In this document: in pieces, positions 9,028 through 16,790 of the stretch
Layout: every line of letters starts with the position of its first letter
Numbering within the stretch: position 1 is the first letter of the stretch
Assembly: GCA_045046875.1 (NCBI GenBank)
Contig: JASFYY010000082.1
Span: forward strand, 1 to 26,959
Source: Verrucomicrobiota bacterium
GTDB taxonomy: Bacteria; Verrucomicrobiota; Verrucomicrobiia; Verrucomicrobiales; DEV007
Length of the DNA: 26,959 nucleotides
Reading direction: 5' to 3'
Notes under the pieces: model-generated
What the model was told of the DNA's origin: nothing
The model's database searches: none
What the model saw: only the letters and a program-made list of their open reading frames with translations
Made by a program: the position numbers and the translations under genes

Positions 9028-9047
9028 TGGCTTGAAAAGCGCGCGCC

Positions 9048-10145
9048 TTACGGTAAATGCTCGGGTTTCACGGTTTCTTCCGCGTATATCCTGCCGAGCT
9101 CTAGCAACTTTGGCACGGACGCAATATCACTCAATTCAAAAGGATGAGTGCTGCCGGTTTCCCGACGGCAGTCTTCCTCCTCCTCATCTGTGAATTGGTG
9201 CTGATAGCGGCAATAGAGGAATTTCTCCAATCCCCCTTCGGTCAAAGCATCCAGTTCCCCGTCGATTGACGCACCGCAGATAGTTTTGCCCAATACCCGG
9301 CATAATTTATCCTGCTCAACCAATACTGAATCCATCAGGCCCTTCAGCGCTCTGAGTCCACCTCCCAATACATTGACATGCCCCAACTCGCCCGGCGCAT
9401 AAGTGATCGAAACCCGTCCCGTCCCCACCGAACACAGGAACAGCTTGTCCGCCCCGGTCGGCATATTCATATTGTAAGCTGGTAAAGTAGCCGCCAGATA
9501 CATCGCCACCGAAGGATTGTTGTAAGGTGACACCGCTCCATCAATAAACTCAAATTGCTGCTCGGTGCCGTCCGGAGAATGCAACTTAACCAATTCGGTA
9601 GGGAAAAAAGCCGGTGCCGCCGCGCTCGCCCTGATCAACTGCCACAAAGGAATATCGAGATTAGTGGGGATTTCATCATTCGGGTTGCGTTTATTATAAC
9701 GTGCTTCGGGATGATTAGTGATCGGCCAAGTCGAACCGGTGGTGCCATTGCGCATCACCAACATCAAACAGGTTTTCAACTTTTTTGATCCCAGCGTCAT
9801 CGGCTCCCCCGCCGATTCCTCGAAATTTTCCTTCAACAAACGAGTAAAAGCTTCCGACCCATAAAAACTACGCCACGATTGCCAGAAAGGTTTACGCCGG
9901 AAAACAATCGGACCCAGTTGTTCGTAACTTTCCCGAACCTCCCTCACCGACATTCCTTTAGACAACATCGCTGCAATAATGCCGCCGGTACTATTGCCTC
10001 CAATGAAATTAAAATAATCAGCTAGCACAAAATCCGGATTCTCCTTCTGATAACGCTCCCGCAGGATGTTTTCTATACGTTCCAGAATGGCAACGCTGAA
10101 TATCCCGCGGATGCCTCCGCCGTCGAGTGAGAGAAGTCGGTTCAT
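9048..10145 (-). CDS. Patatin-like phospholipase
   Basis: Oxyanion motif LSLDGGGIRG, nucleophile elbow GNSTG (G-x-S-x-G), RASAAAPAFF, catalytic Asp in FIDGAV, YNNP, SVGTG. Confidence 0.92.
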   Translation of the reverse strand: MNRLLSLDGGGIRGIFSVAILERIENILRERYQKENPDFVLADYFNFIGGNSTGGIIAAMLSKGMSVREVRESYEQLGPIVFRRKPFWQSWRSFYGSEAFTRLLKENFEESAGEPMTLGSKKLKTCLMLVMRNGTTGSTWPITNHPEARYNKRNPNDEIPTNLDIPLWQLIRASAAAPAFFPTELVKLHSPDGTEQQFEFIDGAVSPYNNPSVAMYLAATLPAYNMNMPTGADKLFLCSVGTGRVSITYAPGELGHVNVLGGGLRALKGLMDSVLVEQDKLCRVLGKTICGASIDGELDALTEGGLEKFLYCRYQHQFTDEEEEDCRRETGSTHPFELSDIASVPKLLELGRIYAEETVKPEHLP

Positions 10146-10267
10146 ACTTTAGCTAAATTTTGATTACAAGTAACAACAGGAGATCCCCCACCGCACCGCT
10201 TTTTTCTATAAAAATCAATTGGCTTGAACCTCGGGATAGCCTTTCTTATCGGCAACTCACCCAACTT

Positions 10268-12439
10268 ATGCCTCACGACAAACCACACTACCGGGCCTTC
10301 ATCAGCTATTCGCATCGTGATGCAAAATGGGCGAAGTGGTTGCACAAAGCCCTGGAACAATACCACGTCCCCATCGACGCCTACCCGCCTGGCGACAATC
10401 TGCAAGATGATGGCTCGAAAAAAAGCCGACGCCTGACCCCGGTGTTCCGCGACCGCGACGAACTGCCCGCCTCTGGCTCGCTGGCGGATACCATCCAGGA
10501 AGCGCTTGAGGCTTCCGAAAACCTGATCGTTCTCTGCTCCCCCAACTCCGTCGCTTCACAATACGTGAATGCCGAAATTGAAATATTCCGTGGTTTGCTA
10601 CCTGAGAATGATCAAAAAGTTTACGCCCTGATCGTCGACGGTGACCCGCCCGATTGTTTTCCTGCGGCGCTGACGGCCGGCGGTGCTGAACCCATCGCCG
10701 CTGACGCCAGGGAAGAAGGCGATGGCAAAGCGGATGCCAAGTTGAAATTGATCGCAGGGTTGTTAGGGGTTGGTTTTGACCGCCTGAAACGGCGCGAGGC
10801 TACCCGCCAACGCAATCGTTTATTGATCATGGTATCGGTGATTTCTGCAGTTGCTGTGATGACTTCCTTTTTAGCCGTGTGGGCGCTGAAGGCAGAAAAA
10901 GAAGCGACCAAACAAAAGGTGGTAGCAGAGCAGCAACGTGAACTCGCGGTAGAATCTGAAAAAGAAGCCACCACCCAAAAAGAACGTGCCGAGCAACAAC
11001 GAGAGTTGGCTAAACAATCAGCCAAAGAAGCGACCGCAGCCAAAATCGTAGCTGAAAAACAACGGGAACTGGCCGTACAATCGGAGAAAGTCGCCACTAC
11101 TGCCAAGGAGCACGCAGAGCAACAACGCGAACTAGCCGAACAAGCGACCCGTGAAGCCAAAGCCGTGTTAGCCTTTTTTAATGCCAAAGTCCTCGCCGCC
11201 GCCAGACCCAAACAACAAGACGGAGGGCTCGGCATTGACGCTACGATTCGCGCAGCTATCGATGCCGCAGAGCCTCAAATTTCCACTGCTTTCAACGATC
11301 AGCCAGCAGTGGAAGCCACCATCCGTACCGCCATCGGCACTTCCTATTGGTATCTCGGTGAAGCCCAGACTGCCATCCCCCAACTCCAGCGGGCGCTGGC
11401 TCTACGGGTCAAATTACTCGGACCGAAACATCTGGATACACTCAAATCAATGACCGTGCTGGCCAATTCCTATCAACGGGTCGGACGCAGGGAAGAAGCC
11501 CTCGAGCTACGGGAAAAAACTTTGCAGACGGAAAAAGAAATCCTCGGCCCCAAGCACACCGACACCCTCACTTCGGCGAGTAATCTGGCCGTTTCTTATC
11601 GCGGAGCAGGACGCTTCAAAGAAGCTCTGGCCTTGGATGAAGAAACGCTCAAGCTACGCAAAGAGGTGCTCGGACCAGATGACCCTGCTACTATTTCGTC
11701 CATGGGCAGTCTGGCATCATCCTACAGTTCCCTCGGCCGACAAGAAGAAGCTTTAAAGCTTCGTGAGCAAGTGTTGGAACTTTTCAAAAAAGCCCGCGGA
11801 GAAGGCCACCCCGACACGCTCAATTCGATGCAAAATCTGGCTAACTCCTATGAGACGCTGGGACGCGAAAAAGAAGCGCAAGCCTTGCGCGAACAAACCC
11901 TTAAACTGCGAATCGAAGTGCAGGGCCCCGAGCACCCGGACACCCTGCGAGCCAAGTTCAATATGGCCAATTCATACATCTCTGCCGGACATTGGGATCA
12001 AGCTATAGCTTTACACCAATCCACATTGCAATCGATGATCCAGGTTCTCGGCCCGGACCACCGCGAGACCATCGGCACCATGAATAGTCTGGCCTATTCC
12101 TACTGGAAGACCGACCAGCTGGCTAATGCTGAAAAACAATACCGACAGCTGTTGGCCGCACGCAAACGACGAGAGGACATCGACTTGGGATTTTACCACG
12201 CTCAATCAATATTGGGTGAAATTCTTGCTGAACAGAAAAACTACCCTGAAGCTGAAACCTTGTTACTTGCGGGATACAAAGGAATGGAATCCTTGCTTTC
12301 CAAAACCAAAGGCCGTGAGCGTTTGAAATTTGCAATCGAACGCCTGGTGACCCTTTACCAAAAATGGGACAAACCTAAATCCACCTCCCTCTGGCTGAAA
12401 AAACACAAAGCCCTGGAAGCGCCTGCGGCTACACAATAG
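10268..12439 (+). CDS. TIR domain - transmembrane helix - coiled stalk - 42-aa TPR array protein (paralog 2)
   Basis: Start at ATG 10268 (MPHDKPHYRAFISYSH) aligns with the paralog 1 start. Same TIR motifs including YVNAE, then a TM helix, 21-aa repeats and kinesin-light-chain-type TPRs (LGPxHxDTLxSxxNLAxSY). Confidence 0.9.
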   Translation: MPHDKPHYRAFISYSHRDAKWAKWLHKALEQYHVPIDAYPPGDNLQDDGSKKSRRLTPVFRDRDELPASGSLADTIQEALEASENLIVLCSPNSVASQYVNAEIEIFRGLLPENDQKVYALIVDGDPPDCFPAALTAGGAEPIAADAREEGDGKADAKLKLIAGLLGVGFDRLKRREATRQRNRLLIMVSVISAVAVMTSFLAVWALKAEKEATKQKVVAEQQRELAVESEKEATTQKERAEQQRELAKQSAKEATAAKIVAEKQRELAVQSEKVATTAKEHAEQQRELAEQATREAKAVLAFFNAKVLAAARPKQQDGGLGIDATIRAAIDAAEPQISTAFNDQPAVEATIRTAIGTSYWYLGEAQTAIPQLQRALALRVKLLGPKHLDTLKSMTVLANSYQRVGRREEALELREKTLQTEKEILGPKHTDTLTSASNLAVSYRGAGRFKEALALDEETLKLRKEVLGPDDPATISSMGSLASSYSSLGRQEEALKLREQVLELFKKARGEGHPDTLNSMQNLANSYETLGREKEAQALREQTLKLRIEVQGPEHPDTLRAKFNMANSYISAGHWDQAIALHQSTLQSMIQVLGPDHRETIGTMNSLAYSYWKTDQLANAEKQYRQLLAARKRREDIDLGFYHAQSILGEILAEQKNYPEAETLLLAGYKGMESLLSKTKGRERLKFAIERLVTLYQKWDKPKSTSLWLKKHKALEAPAATQ
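10892..11143 (+). repeat. Four tandem 63-bp (21-aa) coiled-coil repeats inside TIR paralog 2
   Basis: AEKEATKQKVVAEQQRELAVE / SEKEATTQKERAEQQRELAKQ / SAKEATAAKIVAEKQRELAVQ / SEKVATTAKEHAEQQRELAEQ. Confidence 0.9.
11414..12169 (+). repeat. Six 126-bp (42-aa) TPR repeats
   Basis: Units begin LLGPKHLDTL, ILGPKHTDTL, VLGPDDPATI, ARGEGHPDTL, VQGPEHPDTL, VLGPDHRETI at 42-aa spacing. Confidence 0.9.
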
Positions 12440-12475
12440 GCATATCCATATTTTGTGAACATGTTCGCCAGACAC

Positions 12476-12509
12476 AAAAAAGGCGGGTTAAAAACCCGCC
12501 TTTCTTTTT
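12476..12509. terminator. Bidirectional intrinsic terminator
   Basis: AAAAAAGGCGGGT-TAAAA-ACCCGCCTTTCTTTTT: GC stem with A-tract before and T-tract after, between convergent genes. Confidence 0.88.
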
Positions 12510-12532
12510 GAACCTATCGTCTGATTTCAGAA

Positions 12533-13018
12533 TTAAATGCCAACGTATTCAGCGTTAACTGAACCAAATTTCACAACCTCACCCTTTTTAGGAGTCTTCT
12601 CCAGCTCATAAGCCGAGCTGTTCACCATTTTATCCTTTTTGGTGTCGTAGAGCATCACCGTATCGGACTTGGTTGCCGGCACGGCTACGTAACGGGTCTT
12701 AGGTGCTGATTTTGATTTGCTGGCCACTTTCTTCCTCACCTTGGCCACTCTCGCTGCTGCAGCAGCTTGCTCACGTTCGGTAGCTTTTCTTTTCTGATAA
12801 GAATAAACGATCACGGCAGCTGTCACGCCCACCGCAGCCCCGATCAAAGCTGATTCAGTTGACGATGCCCCGGCATGCCGGGCAATCGCACCCGACCCTA
12901 ACCCGGCGATCCCACCTACCACGCCCGCCGAAGCGAGTGGGTCCATGGTCTCACAACTAGTGAGAGAAATTGAAACAAGAAGGGTGGCTGCTGCTATTTT
13001 TTTTGGGAGTGCTTTCAT
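12533..13018 (-). CDS. Putative lipoprotein with glycine-zipper-like hydrophobic segments
   Basis: Start MKALPKK at 13018; lipobox SLTS-C; GVVGGIAGLGSGAIA / ALIGAAVGVTAA; basic C-terminal domain. Confidence 0.65.
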   Translation of the reverse strand: MKALPKKIAAATLLVSISLTSCETMDPLASAGVVGGIAGLGSGAIARHAGASSTESALIGAAVGVTAAVIVYSYQKRKATEREQAAAAARVAKVRKKVASKSKSAPKTRYVAVPATKSDTVMLYDTKKDKMVNSSAYELEKTPKKGEVVKFGSVNAEYVGI

Positions 13019-13116
13019 GTTAACAGCAAGCGGATCACAAATGCAGGGTGCTGTCAATACAAGGGAGTAAAAAAGCTGCTCTTATATTTCCCAAGCCTGC
13101 CCATATTCTATGACCA

Positions 13117-14184
13117 TCACCCCAACAAAGTTACAATGCGTTTCTCTTTGGCACTAAGCACCGCCGTGTCCACAATCTGCTGGCCAATTCTCGAAATCTC
13201 CACGCTCAAAGGCCCTTCGATCTCACTGTTTGTTTCCAAACAATGCAAAAAATACTGCACCGGATTAGCAAAAGGCGCTTCCAAATCGGGCACCTCCACT
13301 TCAAACCCTTCGGGACGCTCGCGTGTTTGCACCCGCAAGGTTTTTTCATATTCGTAACAACTCAGTGTGCCCTCACTGCCAACCATCACAAACCCCGTTT
13401 TTGGTTGCGGCTGTAACGTCCACGGATCGGTAAAAGTTCCCCAACGGGTTTCAAAGGTCGACAAGCCGCTCGCATAGCGTGCCGTGGTCACACTGTGTTC
13501 GTCCACCTCCAAGCCTTCGGGCTCATCCACCATACAGCTTACTTCGATTGGTTTTTTTCCGCCGAGATGCCAAGTGCCCAAAGTCGTCCCATATCCCATA
13601 TAGTCCATCAAACTGCCTCCGCCTTCGGCTTTTTGATAAAACCACGAAGCCGCCTTTTCCTCAGCACTAGGGTCATGGGTATTTTTATCAGCGCCATGGC
13701 GTAGCGGACCACTGTTTCCTCCGTAGCTATGCACTTCCAATACTTCGCCGATCAAGCCCTCTTCAATCAATTGGTGCGCCTCCACCTGCACCGGCGCCCA
13801 GCGCAGAGGCCAGTTGATCGCCAGTTTTTTTCCGCTGGCCGCCATCACTTCGATCATGCGATCCGCATCCTCCAGTGAGGCTGCAAAAGGTTTTTCCATC
13901 AAAATATGCACCCCGTAAGCAGCCACCTTCTCCGTCCATTCTGCATGACGAGCCGCCGCAGGACAAAGAATAACCAGATCCGGGCGAGTTTTTTCCAAAC
14001 ACTCTTTATAATCACTGAACACCTGATCCGGTGATAGCGAAAAATTCTTTGCCGCCTCCTGCATCCGCTCTGGAATCTCATCGGCGATGCCCACAAGCTC
14101 CGCATCGGGATGTTCATGCACCATGCGCAGCAAGTCCCCCATATGAAAGTGATCAAAATTTATTCCTACAATTTTCCAAGCCAT
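13117..14184 (-). CDS. Gfo/Idh/MocA family oxidoreductase
   Basis: HILMEKPFA, LIEEGLIGEV, GGGSLMDYMGY. ATG at 14184 preferred. Confidence 0.9.
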   Translation of the reverse strand: MAWKIVGINFDHFHMGDLLRMVHEHPDAELVGIADEIPERMQEAAKNFSLSPDQVFSDYKECLEKTRPDLVILCPAAARHAEWTEKVAAYGVHILMEKPFAASLEDADRMIEVMAASGKKLAINWPLRWAPVQVEAHQLIEEGLIGEVLEVHSYGGNSGPLRHGADKNTHDPSAEEKAASWFYQKAEGGGSLMDYMGYGTTLGTWHLGGKKPIEVSCMVDEPEGLEVDEHSVTTARYASGLSTFETRWGTFTDPWTLQPQPKTGFVMVGSEGTLSCYEYEKTLRVQTRERPEGFEVEVPDLEAPFANPVQYFLHCLETNSEIEGPLSVEISRIGQQIVDTAVLSAKEKRIVTLLG

Positions 14185-14371
14185 AATAAACAACTGATCA
14201 CCCAGAATCCTGTCTTTGCCAAAACAATTTCACCCTTCCATCAGGTCACGATTGTAATTCTCACCCCCCGTGGACAGGCATGCAGCGGTTCAATTCTTTT
14301 CACCTGTCACACCCCTCAAATGTTCACAAAAGCCATTTGAAGTTTCCCCAATGGAATGGGACAGTCGTGTC

Positions 14372-14875
14372 ATGAGCTTAGAAGACATCAAAATCATCAT
14401 TAAGACCGAAAAAGGCGATATCCACGCCACCATGTATGCCAGTGACGTGCCCACCACCGTCGCCAACTTCCTCAACCTCGCCAGCCGAGGTTATTACGAC
14501 GGCATCGTTTTTCACCGTGTCATCCCAAATTTCATGATTCAAGGCGGCGACCCGACAGCGACTGGCACCAGTGGCCCCGGCTACAAATTCGAAGACGAAT
14601 TCCAACCCAACCGAGTGCATGACAAACCGGGCATCTTCTCCATGGCCAACTCCGGCCCCAATACCAACGGCAGCCAGTTTTTCATCACCCACGGCCCCAC
14701 TCCCCACCTCGACATGAAACATTCCGTGTTCGGTGAAGTGACCGAAGGCCAAAACGTCGTCAACGAAATCGCCGGCGGCGATGCGATCAAAGAAATCGAA
14801 ATCCTCGATTCCACCGAAGCTCTGTTTGCCGACCAAGCCGACCGCATCAAAGACTGGAACGCCGTGCTCGGTTAA
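14372..14875 (+). CDS. Cyclophilin-type peptidyl-prolyl cis-trans isomerase
   Basis: [51 protein letters not shown]. Start MSLEDIKII at 14372. Confidence 0.95.
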   Translation: MSLEDIKIIIKTEKGDIHATMYASDVPTTVANFLNLASRGYYDGIVFHRVIPNFMIQGGDPTATGTSGPGYKFEDEFQPNRVHDKPGIFSMANSGPNTNGSQFFITHGPTPHLDMKHSVFGEVTEGQNVVNEIAGGDAIKEIEILDSTEALFADQADRIKDWNAVLG

Positions 14876-14927
14876 TCACCGAAGCTCGGACATCTTGCTG
14901 TAGCACAAATAACCACGGCAAAACCCT

Positions 14928-15266
14928 ATGAACGAGCAGCAACAAGGCGAATGGTTCACTCTCGGTCGTGCCGATGACATTGAAGAAGGTCAAGCGAGAT
15001 CCTTCTCATTGCCAGCGGAACTGGGCGGGAACGCCATCGCCGTGTTCCATCAACAAGGCGAATGGTATGCCCTGGATGATTGCTGCAGTCACGCCCGCAT
15101 CCCCATCGTCGATGGACCGATCAAGAATGGCTGCCTGATGTGCCCTTGGCACTACGCCGAATTTGATCTCAAAACCGGCGCCGCGCTATCCGGCCCGGCA
15201 ACCGAAGCGATCAGAAGCTATCCCGTGCGCTTGAATGAAACAGGAACCATTGAAGTTAAACTATAA
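14928..15266 (+). CDS. Rieske [2Fe-2S] ferredoxin
   Basis: CSH...CPWH ligand motifs and FDLKTG; 112 aa. Confidence 0.92.
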   Translation: MNEQQQGEWFTLGRADDIEEGQARSFSLPAELGGNAIAVFHQQGEWYALDDCCSHARIPIVDGPIKNGCLMCPWHYAEFDLKTGAALSGPATEAIRSYPVRLNETGTIEVKL

Positions 15267-15503
15267 AATTAACAACCCCTTGGTCACAAGATAGACAAAA
15301 CATCCAGAAATTCGACCCCTCTGTGAGTAATGGCCTAACGGAGAATTTATAAACGGGACCAAAGCTTAGGTGTAATACGAGCAGCATTCCTACATCCAAC
15401 TTGTCATCGCTATCGTCACGATACTCTTCGGGCTTTGAAGCGAACTGCTGATCTCGGCATGGCTCTTCCTGCAAGAGTTTTTCATTGAGATTTAGAACAA
15501 GTG

Positions 15504-16253
15504 TTACTCACCAGCTTCAATATTTTTATACCGATAAGGCCGATACCCCAGACCCTTCACATAATCGACGGATATCGGATGCTTCAACACCTTCCAACTC
15601 GGCGGAGAGCCCGTTTCGTAAGCAAGGAAGCTCTTACGCTCACTGCCCAAGAATTTCACAAAAAGCAAACAGTGCACATTGGATTGATTCACAATATCCC
15701 CAGGTTGGAGTTCTTTGAATGAAGCAAGCTCGTTAGAAAGCGCCGGCAATTCCCTTGTCGAAAACGATCTCTCTAGCCGCCAGCAACGAGAGATAAATCC
15801 CGAGCAGTCTATTCCGCAGGCCTGCAAACTCACCCCGTCATCCAATAAACGCCTTTTCTCCGAGGAATAAATATCTCCGGCATAGAAACCTGACGACAAT
15901 TTTTGTTCAAACGATACAGGCGTATCAAACCCACCCCACATATACGGAATACCGGTATTTTTTTTATTTGAAATCCACCAACCGGGGCGCTCCGCCCCTG
16001 GGTCAGTATAGGCAATATCCGGTGTATCCACCCGAATTCCACCGTCATCAACACCGTGAAAAATATTTTTCTCCGACGGCACCCAACGATGCGAGTGATA
16101 GGCTTCTGCTATTTTTAAAACATCCTGCCTGGAAACAGAACTCCTAGACTCGAAACTAAGCCCTTTCCCAGAATACTTAGAAACACATGAGCCAATTAAA
16201 AAAAATACAATAAGTGAAGCAAAGCGAAGCATGAAAATAGAATACACCTTCAC
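15504..16253 (-). CDS. NlpC/P60-like (papain-fold) lipoprotein, putative peptidoglycan peptidase
   Basis: Lipobox-like LIGS-C; GIPYMWGG, GIDCSGFISRCW (catalytic Cys), LQPGDIV, VHCLLF (His), AYET. Confidence 0.72.
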   Translation of the reverse strand: MKVYSIFMLRFASLIVFFLIGSCVSKYSGKGLSFESRSSVSRQDVLKIAEAYHSHRWVPSEKNIFHGVDDGGIRVDTPDIAYTDPGAERPGWWISNKKNTGIPYMWGGFDTPVSFEQKLSSGFYAGDIYSSEKRRLLDDGVSLQACGIDCSGFISRCWRLERSFSTRELPALSNELASFKELQPGDIVNQSNVHCLLFVKFLGSERKSFLAYETGSPPSWKVLKHPISVDYVKGLGYRPYRYKNIEAGE

Positions 16254-16744
16254 CTCTTCCGCAATTCCTCTACCATCTGTTCGGCACGAACAAGTTTTTG
16301 CGTAGAAGCATCTAGTCTTTGAGCCAATAACTCAGCCAAGAAGCGATACATGCCCGCGTAATAAGCATTCCGGGCTTCTGCATTTAGCCCGTCGAGAAAA
16401 TCTTGTTTCACCTTAATACAATACACCTGAGTCTCGGCCACAATAGTCGCCGTCCGTTGCCCCTCCTTAAGCAAAGCAATTTCACCCAACAACTCGCCAC
16501 CTCCAGAGGCGGCTCCGATGACCGACCCATCCTTTTGAACGCGAACCTTGCCTTTCAATAAAAACAGAAGATCCCGTTCATCCGCCCCTTCCGCGATCAC
16601 CACATCCCCGGGCTCGCAATCGAGCATCGTCGTGCTCGACAACATTTCCTCAACAATCTCCGGTGCCAGCGTCTTAAAAAAAGGGATCTCAGCAACGGGA
16701 GCAGGCACTGTACCTGCACGATAATTCAGCGGGTATTCTTTCAT
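16250..16744 (-). CDS. Stand-alone cyclic nucleotide-binding domain protein
   Basis: PGDVVIAEG, LLFLLKGKVRV and phosphate-binding cassette GELLGEIALL...QRTATIVA; no HTH. Stop overlaps the NlpC/P60 GTG start by 4 bp. Confidence 0.88.
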   Translation of the reverse strand: MKEYPLNYRAGTVPAPVAEIPFFKTLAPEIVEEMLSSTTMLDCEPGDVVIAEGADERDLLFLLKGKVRVQKDGSVIGAASGGGELLGEIALLKEGQRTATIVAETQVYCIKVKQDFLDGLNAEARNAYYAGMYRFLAELLAQRLDASTQKLVRAEQMVEELRKR

Positions 16745-16790
16745 AATCAATGACTCCGTTGTTTACTCAAAGGGAAGAAGCTCCCAAGCT

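Noticed and set aside
10160..10267. 36-aa N-terminal extension of TIR paralog 2 in the ORF track
   Set aside because: TTG start lies in the divergent promoter region; ATG 10268 aligns exactly with the paralog 1 start.
4485..12439. Calling the island CBASS, Pycsar or Thoeris
   Set aside because: No CD-NTase, no cNMP-binding TM/TIR effector next to the cyclase and no SIR2/Macro ThsA; the TIRs are membrane-anchored with TPR tails. Only components are shared.
4485..12439. Diversity-generating retroelement or shufflon behind the variable tails
   Set aside because: No reverse transcriptase or recombinase, and no template/variable repeat pair differing only at adenines was seen.
15256..15503. Possible small ORF (15256-15474, minus) or ncRNA in the AT-rich gap between the Rieske and NlpC/P60 genes
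   Set aside because: Non-ATG start, no motif, and no convincing stem-loop, tRNA or tmRNA features by eye.
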